Assembly: GCA_013265495.1 (NCBI GenBank)
Contig: MU061538.1
Coordinates: forward strand, 2,696,865 to 2,731,522
DNA length: 34,658 nt
DNA from: Vicugna vicugna
Lineage: Eukaryota
Direction: 5' to 3'
Of this stretch, positions 11,441 through 22,690 are shown piece by piece (position 1 is the stretch's first letter; each line of letters begins with the position of its first letter). The notes beneath the pieces are model-generated. The model was not told the DNA's origin and searched no databases. It saw nothing but the letters and a program-made list of their open reading frames with translations. The translations under genes and the position numbers were made by a program.

Positions 11441-12650
11441 CACTGTCCCTGATGCGGCCACCCCCACCCCCACCCCCGCCCCCGATGTAAGAGATTCTAG
11501 CAGAAAAGCTAAGGCACCGCGTCAGCCTCCAGCTGTAGAAAGAGTTCTCGAGCGGGGAGGTGGTGGGAGAGGTGTGTGGCCAGAGGTGCAGAGACCTTTC
11601 TGGCGTCCCCAGATCCTGTTCACTTGCACAGACGGGCCACTAGCTGATCAAGACCCCTCGCACCACCAGCTCTCTTCCCTTCTCTTCCTGCTCCGAGGTC
11701 CCCTCGGCGAGGACACACTCCCGGCCTGCGCAGCGCACCACTCTCCTCCAGTCTCAGCAGCGCCGCTCAGAGCCAGGTCCTGAGGCAGGACGGCCGCCCC
11801 GGGTGCCGGGACAGGAGTCTACAACAGCCGCCGGGCGCCCAGGGGGACGGGCCTCCCCGAAGGCAGAGAAGCGGCCCCGCTCCCACCTCGGGGGGCAGTG
11901 ACATGAACAGTGGGGCTGGGCACGGCAATGGGGGGGGTCTGTGCTGTGAACTCCGATCCAGTCAGAGACGCGGAGGGTGAGAGGGCCAGGCTCCGCTCCC
12001 CTCGATGTGAGCCTCACAGCTGCACGTCCCCCTTGCCTCGGACCCAGGTCCAGGCAAAGGGGGTTTGTCTCCCCAGAAAACAGGCCACAGGAGGGGAGGC
12101 CTCGGGGCTCTCTGACTCTTAGCTTCGATCAAACGCTGCGGCTCACTTTGCCCCGAGGATTTCACATTCTCTGCCAAACCTCAGCCATGATTCCGCTCCT
12201 TCACATCGGTTCTGGCCCCACAAAGTTCCTTTCTGTCTTGTTCCTGTTTTCGTTTCTGGGAGCACCTGGCTCTCCAGCTGGCAAAACCCAGTAATGCTCG
12301 GGGCTGGCACAGCCTTTAATCCACGTGGTTCGACAGGGCTCTGGGGCCTCATTAAGTCCTGGTGAATCTGTTTCCTGCAGGAACGGTGAGCCCAGTTGCC
12401 CTGCCTCAGGCCGACACTGGGCCAGACGTTCACTTGTTCAGGAACACCGCGGTTTGGTGTCACACACTCACGGTCAGAACATCCCTGTCTCCATCCTCGT
12501 GAGCGGGCGGCACAGGCAGTCCCAGCACACGGCCCCGGAGTGAGGACGCCACGCTCGGGGGAACGTGATAGAAGAAGGCCTGTGGTGCTGCCTCGTCCGC
12601 CCGTCCCTCCAGAAGCGGGGAACTGCAGCTGGCCTGCCGTGACCGCGCTC

Positions 12651-12695
12651 GGGGGAGGGAGCAGGGAGGGAGGGAGGGAGGGAGGTCCAGGGAGG
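12651..12695 (+). repeat. (GGGA)n purine-rich repeat, potential G-quadruplex
   Basis: GGGGGAGGGAGCAGGGAGGGAGGGAGGGAGGGAGG. Confidence 0.85.
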
Positions 12696-14896
12696 GCATG
12701 TCCCGCACGGAGCCCCCCGCCCCAGGGCTCCTGCCGGTGTGGCCTGGCTTCTCCCTGAGCTAAGCCTCAGGTGCTGTTTCGAGGTCTCGCAGCCCACGTT
12801 TCTCCAGTTGAGATCACTCTGCTCAGGACCAGCCATTCCGTGAGTTCTCGCCACGGAAGCGAGGAAGGACGCCGTTGAGTCTGTTTCTGTGCTTTTGGAA
12901 GGCCACGGCGGCCTCTGTGACTCTGCTCTTCGACCCTGGGTGTCGGAGCCGGGGTGGACCCAGTGGGTTCCAGGCGGCCAGTGCTCCCCATGAACAAAGT
13001 GGCTGCCAAGGCGGGACCCACGTTCCAGATGTGGGGCAGTCACTGCAGAGGACAGCAAGGCGGGGGACCCCGGAGGCGAACTCGGTTCAAAGTCCCACAT
13101 TGCAGGACGGAGCGCGCCACCTGATGCCTTGCGCTGTTTTCTCATCTGCGAGGCAGGTGCGTCCCAAGAGCAGCTGCTTCACAGGACTGTGTGTGGAGTC
13201 ACTGAATCAGCGCTGGACGCACACATCCAGGGCCCGCCACGCAGGTGCTCAATTAGCCATGATTTAATATTAGCTAGTTGAGCAAATATTAATTAATATT
13301 CATTAATTTCAGGCAGCTAAGTAAAATACTTATTTATGGCAGCTTCTGCAGCAACATCTCCAGATGGGCCCACAAGAGGCAGGAAGCCAAGTCAGACTCC
13401 AGGCGTCCTGTGCTGTTCCGCTAGCATGCACCCTCGACGGCTCTCTGCTCCGGCAGTGTCCAAATTGCTTTCTTTTTAAACCTACCTGGAAGATGACCTT
13501 TATCCCTGCTAGGTTTTACCCTGCTGATTCTGATCTCCACCCCACATGCACGTTATTATACAAGCTGAGCAACCTAGTCTCATCGCGTCCTCACAAACAG
13601 AGGCGGGATGAAACCTGAAAAGCCCTTCCTCTCACCGTGACCTTCAGGCAGAGCCCCTCCGGAAACAGTGAGGAATGAAGACACTTCACGTGGTGCCTTG
13701 AAGCGCAGGAACGGCAGTGCACCGTTAGCAGGTTATCGTTATTAACAGTAAACATCAGCTCCTCCGTGGCAACGCGGAGCCCATCAGATAACTCCGTACC
13801 AGACGCACTGTCCAAGGGCCTCATTGAGCCACCAGCTCAATACATCCCACCCAAACAGAAGGCAGAACACGCGCAGGCCATCCGTGCTGAGCCCGCATGG
13901 GCGGGCAGGACAATAACTGGCCTGCTTCCTGGTGTCCTGAAGCCCCATACTGACTCCCTACTTACTGATGTCACATCACTTGATTTTTCTGGAATACAGT
14001 CACCATCACGCAGGCTGGCCACCCAGAGACAGCTCACCAGCTGCCAGGCTTATGCCGAGCTAACTCTAAATGAGGCAATCGTTTTCCACTGTGCTTTCAG
14101 CTTCTTTTTATAGCCGAACTGAGTGACAGGCCACGTGAAGACTTCCGCTGCGAAGCGCCGAACCCAGGCGCTTGCAGAGGTCTTCACGTGTTGAGCGCAC
14201 AGTTAGGTCCGTCCTAGGTTAGTTTTCAGGTCTTATGAGTCTGTCTTTGAAAGGTCATCTTATACTGGTTTGGGGCCGTGGATCGCAGAAAGAGAGAAAT
14301 CCTGGGCCTGACCCTGGCGCTGCAACAAGAAGAAACTAAGGGAAGTCACTTAGGATTTTGGATCAAAGTGTGGACACTTAGAGACAAAGGGGGCGTGGAG
14401 CCAGGGGTCTGGAGGTGGCCAATTGCCCTAAGACTCCCATGGACAGCAGCCCCTGAAAGCTGCCTGTTCAGGCTGGCATCCAGGGCACTCAGATAATATT
14501 TCAAGTTTCAACCACTAAATGGCAGCCCGAAAGGAGACTCATGCCAGCTTCATTTCTTAATGAAATAAGAAAAAGAAGATCATCATTGGCACGGTAAAAT
14601 GAGCCAGGAGCGTCCAGCATCTAAATCTTACATATCAATGCCAAGTGCCATTTAGAAAAAAACCATCTTCCTCTGTGCTCAGTCCTAAATCGGCCACTAT
14701 GTCATTTCCACCTGCTCACAGGAAGCACTCCCACCCTGTACCTCCCTGCAGCTTTCCAGACTTCCCAGGTTTAGGGCCAATGTGCACGTCCTCCAGGAAG
14801 GCCTCCCTGATTAACCGGAACACTTGGCTCCCACAGGCGCTGTAGGGCCTATTTATTTATTTGGGTTACATTTGGGTGGATTCGTTTGTCAAGGTG

Positions 14897-15025
14897 GGGA
14901 TGCCGGCTCCGACACCAGATTTCCCAGGGTCAAGTCCAGGCTCTACCACTTACTAGGTACCGATCGATATTCTGTAAAACGGTTCCTAAAAATAAGTGCT
15001 TTCTAAATGTTACCCGCCATTATGA
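14897..15025 (+). mobile_element. MIR fragment (internally deleted)
   Basis: CCAGGGTCAAGTCCAGGCTCTACCACTTACTAG and TAAGTGCTTTCTAAATGTTA resemble the MIR 5' part and 3' end. Confidence 0.5.
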
Positions 15026-15384
15026 TGACCAATAACCAAAGTAGAATCTATGTTTGCAAAAAAATCTTCTGTTGATTTCAACAAACAGTCCATCATTTTA
15101 AGAACGTGGGATGCAAACGTGCAGGACGTGCACGTGTCCCTGCCGATTAATCAATGCCTGCAGAGGCACTGTCTGCACCACGTTTACTCACCCACGCATG
15201 CACGATTATCCGGCATTACCATGTTTAGGAAACTTTCTTTGAATGTACCCCAGCCTGCCCCTCTGCAACCCCGTGTTTTGGGGAATGCCTCCCACAGAGC
15301 TCTGTCTGCACCTACACTTTCAGGACCTCACGTGCGTGTTTGCATGGGTTTGCTCATCCCCTCAGCAGACACTTTGGAGGGCTT

Positions 15385-15495
15385 AGTATCCAGGTGCTGT
15401 TCTAGGTTCCTGAAATACTTCCTTGGAAACAGGTGACAGGAAAAGACAAAACTCCCTGCTCTTAGGAGCCTGTGGGTTAGAGAGGGAGACAGACT
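15385..15495 (-). mobile_element. L2 3'-end fragment
   Basis: CCAGGTGCTGTTCTAGGT..GAAAAGACAAAACTCCCTGCTCTTAGGAGC..GGGAGACAGAC matches the antisense L2 3' end pattern. Confidence 0.6.
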
Positions 15496-16668
15496 GTGCA
15501 CGCCACCCTCACACGTAAGTTAGAGGCAGTGAGGGGTGGGGGGGAGGAGGAGGAAGGAAGGACACCTAGTAGCCCAGCAGGACCCTGGGGGCCTTCCCAG
15601 GACAGGCCTCTCCCACACCCACTGCTGCAGCCCCTCTCTGAAGGACCAGACCGTAGGAGCTCATGCCTATCTCCTGAGCGTTTCAGATGCTAAAACCACC
15701 ACCAAAGGGAAGAAATTAACTACTTGCTGATTCGAGAGTGTGTGACCCCCAGACTTTCTGGCACCTCGAGGTTGATGGTGTTGACCACCTTGTCCCTCAT
15801 CATCAGCCAGTCAAGGGACTGTGCACGAGCTGATCATGAACCCTGCAACGCCCCGCCTCACCTGGACTTTAACTGCTTTGCTGGGGTTTTCTTGGGCATG
15901 AGTCACCCCGTCCTCCTTGCTTGGCCCTGCAACGCACCTTCCTCTGCTCCGAACGCCAGCATTCTGGTTGGTCTGGCCTCACGGTGCAGCGGGTACATGA
16001 AATTGCCTCCCGTAAAAACAGCAGGAAGTGGAGGTCAGGCGGGGCTCCTGGGGAAGAAACACGCGAGCAAGTCCCGAAGGGGTGAGCGCTCGCCACCTGC
16101 GGCTTCCCCTCGCCCGCCACCCTCACTAGGCTGTGAGCCCTCGGGCGCCAACGGTGGCCTCTCTCCATGTCACCAGCACCGAGTGCAGGGCCCACGGGCT
16201 CAGCACACAGGATGCGTTAAGGATGAACGCCTTGTTTAGGGGTTGACACTGTTTATGTCACACATGGAGACAGACACCTACAGCGCCCAGCGCTGCTCCA
16301 AGGCTCCTCCAGGAAAGCACTGACTCTCCCTCCTGCCCCTCCCCCACTGCCTGCCTCCCGCGTGGTCCACGGTTTTTCTGGTCACATCTACCAGGATGTG
16401 CAGCACATTTGTGAGTTCAGCTGGCTACCGAAGGTCTTCCTGCTCAGCTTCTTGAACCAGAGTAGCATCAATGTTAGTCACCAGTATGTCAAACATAGAC
16501 TAATAGTAATTGTGGCCTCAAGTGGAGGCACAGAAGAGAAAGTGCCATTCGTCAAGGAGCCCCAGGCAAGTGCCGGGCACGTCCCGTGTCACACCCTCCC
16601 ACCCCTGCTGTCATGGGAAAGAACATATCTGACTCCATATCAGATCTGTGTCTTTGGCTCCAGCCCAG

Positions 16669-17127
16669 TGCTCTGATTCCTGTGCTGAGTCATGCTGGTT
16701 CTGCACCTTTTATAAAAGGATGTTGCCTACAGCCTGAAACAGACAGGGTGGCCCATTCTCAAGGCTCTGACCTTTAAGGGTATAACACTTTCTGATTAAT
16801 ATAAAGATAATAAGTTGCAGAACAGAGAGTAACATTAATTTTGCTGGAGGTTTACAGAGACACCATGATCTGACCTATGAGGACAGTTGCAAGAACAAAG
16901 GATTCCGACACCAGGAAGCTTGCAACAACCAACCACATCCTTTCTCCTTTTAGTATAAAAGGAGCCTGAATTCTGACCTGAGGAAGATGGTTCTCCAGGA
17001 CATGAGTCCCCCATCTCCTCGGTCTGCAGGCTTTCCCAAAAAAGTCATCACTCCTTGCCCCAACACCTCGTCTCCTGATTTACTGGCTTGTGGTGTGGTG
17101 AGCAGAACAAGCTTGGACTGGGTAACA
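16669..17127 (+). mobile_element. ERV1-type solo LTR (MER41-like, artiodactyl)
   Basis: TG...CA ends (..GGACTGGGTAACA at 17127), TATAAAA at 16954-16960, R/U5-like AAGATGGTTCTCCAGGACA..CCATCTCCTCGGTCTGCAGGCTTTCC..AAAGTC..CCTTGCCCCAACACCTCGTCTC; possible 4-bp TSD CCAG/CCAC. The left boundary is uncertain (16669-16681). Confidence 0.85.
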
Positions 17128-17832
17128 CCACTATTGAGCCCCCTTCCACTGCATCTTTGACTTGCCATCCTTGTCGTTTTCTGACTTTCCCTGCCATGTG
17201 CCTCACATCACGTGTCTCCACTGTTTCAGACACACCAATACCCACCCAGTGCTGATTTACCAATGAGCCAGCTAGAAAAATACACACTTTGAGGGCTAAC
17301 GCTTACTAAAGTTTTATTCAAGTCCCTAAGCACTTTACAGCAGGTCTTCAGAACCAATGAGACCAGGGGAACCCTGCTTCCCCGTGGGGTCCAGGTCCCT
17401 TTCCTTTGATCACGTGGCTCAGGCTGCCGGGCTCACTGAGCTAGCCAGCTTGCACACCGCACACTGTGAAGGCGGTGGAGTAGTTGCCAACATTTACTGT
17501 TTGTTGCAAGGGAAGTTAAGCGAAAAGGGGTGCCATGGTCCAGACTAACTCATTAAAAGAAGTCAAAGTCCATAATCTGTATTAAGGTGTTCAAGAGAAG
17601 CCTGTCTATTTGAGAGGCACCACTGTCATTACAAAATAACACGGAGAACTTGTGACGAAAGTGTCCTTTCTAAAGCTGCTCTGGTAACTCCAAATGGAAA
17701 TGGAACACTTTTCAGTCAGGTACTGAGAGTCCTGATCAGGTAAGAGTCCACCTGCCGTGAGCTCCCCCAAAGCCTGAATGCATCACAGAGAAAAGGAGTT
17801 GATTTTCTGCCATTTTCAAGAGAGGATATAAA

Positions 17833-17970
17833 AAGGCAACATTTACTGACCTTATGGAAGCCTTTGATGCAATTAATAGCAATTTGGCTAGAATAAAACT
17901 GTATGCAATTGACCTTACTTCATTAGTCTGAAGATTATTTTACAAATGGAGAGCAAAGTGCTGTAATTTA
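17833..17970 (+). mobile_element. Highly degenerate non-LTR (L2/CR1-clade) reverse-transcriptase remnant
   Basis: Manual translation KATFTDLMEAFDAINSNLARIKLYAI, then in a shifted frame EDYFTNGEQSAVI, resembles RT motif A (F-x-D-L-x-K-A-F-D-x-V/I..L-x-x-K-L) and the downstream SYL-x-NR-x-Q-x-V block. Confidence 0.45.
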
Positions 17971-18999
17971 ACAGATGAGCTGCGAGAGCTGATTAAATGA
18001 ATCTTATTTCAATTCCGACAAACCTGACTATTTGCTAAAGATAATGCATTAATGAAAGAGGCACTGTGCTTGTTTGGTATATGATCAGAGAAAATTGTGT
18101 GGCTTTTTAAGTTTCATTTTAGATGAATTTCTTTTTACTTGAATCTCTTGCTTCACATACTAAGGTCAGATGTTCATTGTTCATTGTTCATTTAAAACAT
18201 ATCATGAGGATGGTAAAATGCAGTATTTAGAATTCTTTCATTTTAACAATGACTTTTCCATTAAATGATAGTTTTGAATGAAACTTTTGTCCAATAAGCT
18301 TTTCCTTTTTAACTCTTCAAATACAAGGTAATACTGTCTAGATGGTAAACTTGTTTCATGAAATTTGCATTGCTTATGTAGTAGCATCAAATTTCAACAA
18401 AATTTGTTAATCATCTTGCAATTTTGTATTCTTTATATTTTTCATTATTTTTTTCTTTTTATTCTTTATTTTATGCACTCTCAATTTTACATTAATTCAA
18501 CCAAAATGACCTTTAGTGAGACGAGATACAGTACAACCGCACCTGCAGGAGCATGTGCACATCTGAACTTTGGAGGAGGTGATTTGTTTTAAAAATTGTG
18601 ATTTACAAGATGACTGAAATGCCTGTGGAATTTAGTTACATTTAACTTCTTAGATTTAGCCACAATAGTCTGACCATTGAAGACCTGGTCCAATGAGTTA
18701 TCACTCTTAGAGTAACAAGAAAATACCAAAGTTCCTTCACAAATCATCAATTGACAAGTCAACAAGGAGTGAAGCATTTATTTGCTCAATATTCAGCTAA
18801 GTACTGTGAGAATAAGGACTAAAAAAATCCAAAGAGTTCTCTTACCCCAGTGAAAAGTAAAATTACAAAACCATATAAAGCAAAACATTGTTTTAAATTA
18901 GGACCAAGAAGTGCAGGGTCAATATAATATCAGTCTTCCTTAACTGTATTTCCATTTTACTAAGATAGACTTATAAGCAGTGAGCAGAATAGAAATGAA

Positions 19000-21130
19000 A
19001 CAGAAAAAATAGAAAAGAATAAGGAAATAAAAGGATTTATATTAGCATCAACAACCCCCAAATACTTAGGGATCATTCTCATAAAAATGTGCAAGATCTC
19101 TACACAGAAAACTTTAGGATGTTATTAAGAGAAATTTGAGATCTAAATAAATGGAGGGGTATACCACATTCATGGATTGGAAAATTTCATATTGTAAATA
19201 CATAAATTCTCATCAATTTCATCTTCTGGAGACAGAAAGCAATCTCAATCAAAAATCCCAGGTGCTGTGTGTGTGCCCATGCGCACATGTCCATGTGTGT
19301 AATTTGACAAGCTGATTATGAAAGTTTTATGAAAATGTACAGGGTAGAGAATTGTAAAGACGATCTTGATATCTGAAGCACTTAAACCACCAGCTAACAA
19401 GACTTACTTAAAGGTACAGGAATTTAAACAATGTGATTTCAATGTAAGGATAAATAAACCAGTGGAACATAAGCCATCCAGGAATAGATCCACATGTCAT
19501 CTACTTTTTAATAAAGGTGACACAGCTCTACTGTGGAGAAAGGATGATTTTTTAAACATTTTTTATTGATTTATAATCATTTTACAATGTTGTGTCAAAT
19601 TCCAGAGTTCAGCACAATTTTTCAGTCATTCATGGACATATACACACTCATTGTCACATTTTTTTCTCTGTGATTTATCATAACATTTTGTGTATATTTC
19701 CCAGTGCTATACAGTGTAATCTTGTTTATCTATTCTACAATTTTGAAATCCCAGTCTATCCCTTCCCACCCTCTACCCCCCTGGTAACCACAAGTCTGTA
19801 TTCTCTGTCCATGAGTCTTTAGATTCCACATATGAGCGATCTCATATGGTATTTTTCTTTCTCTTTCTGGCTTACTTCACTTAGAATGACATTCTCTAGG
19901 AGCATCCATGTTGCTGCAAATGGCGTTATGTTGTCGGTTTTTATGGCTGAGTAGTATTCCATTGTATAAATATACCACATCTTCTTTATCCAGTCACCTA
20001 TTGATGGACATTTAGGCTGTTTCCATGTTTTGGCTATTGTAAATAGTGCTGCTATGAACATTGGAGTGCAGGTGAAGGATGATGTTTTTAAAACATCATG
20101 ATGAAGTAATTCAATACCCATATGGAAATAATGAATTATGATCCCTACCTCACACCATATTCAAAAAACCCATCCTGGATCAATCATAAGACTTAAACGC
20201 TGAAGATAAAATAATAAAGCTTCCAGACAGTAACACAGGAAAACATTTCACGTCCTTGAACAGGGCAAACATTTCGTTACATGATTTTTAAAAAGGGGGA
20301 AACAAAAAGCAGAAGTGAACATATTAGGCTTCACCAAAAATTTAAAATCGCATTCTTCAGAAGGCACTACTGTGAAAGCCACTGTGTGAGAAGGCAAGCT
20401 ATGAATAGAGAGAAGATATCTATAATATGGTGTCATATCCAGAATATATAAAAAGCTTTTACAGATCAACAAGTGGGAGGGGGGGGAGTCAGGCAACCCA
20501 ATGTAATTAAAAAAAAAGACAAAAATCTTGAATAGGCACTAGAGGAAAGCTATCCAAAATGGACAATAAGCACCTGAACAGGTGCTCCAGCTCATTAGCC
20601 ATCAGAGAAATGGAGATTAAAAGGGCAATGAGATCCCATTACACACTCACCAACATGTCAAAAACAGTCACCGCCACAACCACAACCTGAGCCACTCTGA
20701 GAGCTGGTGAGGAGAGAAGGTGGTCTCTACGCTGCTGATGGGAGTATAAGATAGAACGTCCACTTTGGACAGCTCTGGCAGGATCATATCCACAGCTTAC
20801 AATCCTCGATTTCATTTATGCACTGAAAACACAATGACATTGTCAGCACCGGCAAAAGTACCAAGTCGGGGAACAACACGAGTGCCCATCCACAGAAGAA
20901 GAGATGGTGCTGTGTTCATACAATGGGATGCTTTACAGAAATGCAAGAGGGGCCTTCTGCCATGCGCCAGAGGATCCTCTCGGCCATGATTATGAGCAAA
21001 TTAAATCTGACACAAAAGAATATGCGCTGCACAGTCTCGTTCATAGAAACATCAAAAGCAAGCAAAACACATGGATCGTGAAAGATGTCAGAATGGCGTT
21101 TGTCTTTGGGAGAAGAGGAGACACCAGTGA
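19000..21130 (+). mobile_element. Old L1M (L1ME-like) ORF2 3' half + 3' UTR, decayed; interrupted at 19554-20074
   Basis: AAATACTTAGGGAT..ATGTGCAAGATCTCTACACAGAAAACT..CTAAATAAATGGAG..CATGGATTGGAA; CCCTACCTCACACCATA; CATTAGCCATCAGAGAAATG; CATACAATGG..ACACAAAAGAATA, collinear with L1 ORF2/3' UTR and full of stops. Confidence 0.85.
19554..20074 (-). mobile_element. Young LINE-1 3' end inserted antisense into old L1M
   Basis: The minus ORF gives TCTPMFIAALFTIAKTWKQPKCPS..WIKKMWYIYTMEYYSAIK..HMRSLICGI (L1 ORF2 C-terminus); TSD AAGGATGATTTTTT (19540-19553) / AAGGATGATGTTTTT (20075-20089). Confidence 0.95.
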
Positions 21131-21279
21131 AATCATGACTTAGGGATACTCCCAGAGAGGCGGTCTGCAGGGTGCACTGGACGGGGCACCTTGAGACTAG
21201 GAGGGGAAGTTCTCAACCCGTTGCAGTGGCCCAGGATGAGAAGCGTCTGGATGGGAGCGAGGACTGCACTGTGGATTAA

Positions 21280-21372
21280 ACATCCCAGGGCTGTGGGATT
21301 AAACGGCAAAATACACATGAAACACCTACAGCACCTGTCCCATGACATCGTCAAGAAGTGTCAGCTGTTACA
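21280..21372 (+). mobile_element. MIR 3' fragment
   Basis: CCAGGGCTGTGGGATTAAACGGCAAAATACACATGAAACACCTACAGCAC..TGTCAGCTGTTA. Confidence 0.5.
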
Positions 21373-21574
21373 ATGGTTATTAGACTGGGAACTACGGAAA
21401 TGAAATGGGAAGAGCAACCAGGGAAGAGGTTTTGATGGAAAAGTGGACGTTCAGAGAGACTGGATGCGGAAGATGGCTGGGGCGCTGCCTGCAGGATACG
21501 GAGGGGATGAAACTTCGACAGGCGGGAACTTGGTCCAGGGGAGTTGCTCCTGCTCTGTTGACCTCACTGAGCCA

Positions 21575-21740
21575 GGGCTGGTGAACAGAGACGCATGACG
21601 GTGACTCACTTCCTGCTTCTAATGCCCTCTGCCTCCCACAGTGCTGGACACATGCCTAAGACATTTTTTTTTAATTGACGTATAGTCAGTTTACAATATG
21701 TCAATTTCTGGTAAGACTTAACAAATATATGATGAGTAAA
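21575..21740 (+). mobile_element. L2 3' end interrupted by a ~50-nt antisense L1 tip (21663-21711)
   Basis: CACAGTGCTGGACACATG..[insert]..AACAAATATATGATGAGTAAA resembles the L2 terminus; the insert T10-AATTGACGTATAGTCAGTTTACAAT is a reversed L1 end flanked by TAAGAC duplicates. Confidence 0.6.
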
Positions 21741-22517
21741 ATAACCCCCATCGTCATGGACTTTGGTGGAAGTTCCCCGTGGACACCAATGGGCATAACA
21801 TAATGGGGAAGAAAACCTGGCAATGGAATTTATTTTCCAGAGAGTTTTTCCTTTGGAAGGGCCTTGCGACGGGACTGCATTACGTTTGTTCCATGAACCA
21901 CAGGGATTTGCCTGTCATTTTCATGTAAAGCCAGCAGTCATCCAGCTTAATTTTAATTGCAGGCTTCCTGCCCCTAAATCAGTGTGAATGTCAGAGATGT
22001 CTTCCGGTCGCAGGTGCACTGAATTTGCTGCAGGAGAGAATCATCTCTTATTTGACTAGAGCTCAATTCTAATAGGTTAGATGTCTGGGACGGTTTTGTC
22101 TTTTACATTAAAGACCTTGTAATCAGATCTAGGGTTCATCAAAAGGCCTGTCCACCTGCCAGAAGAAACACACAGGAAAAATCTAAAATTCCTCCATCAC
22201 TCAATTGTCACGAGGAATTCCTGAATCAGACTAGGAGACCTGGCTGCCGCCTCCCTGATGTGGGAGCTGAACTCAGCGTGTACACAGCCTCAAAATGCCC
22301 TTCCGTTTCCCAGAGCGGCATTGCCCTGCTCCTGAAACACTGGTACATCCACCCGAATGCAGGTGTATCTTCCTTTCTACAGCAATTTAAAAATTTCAGA
22401 ATAAGTCTAGTCCAAACTCTTGTTACAAGAATATAAACACCATTCACCCAGAAAGAAATTATACTAAAAGTTCCACCAAATAGACTATTAGGCAAATCCG
22501 CTCCTGTTTTCTTTAAA

Positions 22518-22690
22518 CAGTGCTCCTCAGACTTAATGTGTCTCCAAACCTAATGTGTGGGACCCTGTGAGATGCAGATTCTGACTCACTAGGTGGGCGT
22601 GGGGGAGGAGCGGAGGCTCCCAGGCCTGAAGTTCCGAGGCCTAGCCGGGCTTGCTGCTCCTGGTCCGGGGACCAGGGCTGGGGGCACAAG
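22518..22690 (+). mobile_element. MER5A-like hAT MITE (degenerate)
   Basis: CAGTGCTCCTCAGACTT..ATGCAGATTCTGACTCACTAGGT..TGCTGCTCCTGGTCCGGGGACCA. Confidence 0.65.

Noticed and set aside
19819..20121. 100-aa ORF as an independent small protein gene
   Set aside because: It is the C-terminus of L1 ORF2 in a truncated insertion. The start codon comes from flanking old-L1 sequence.
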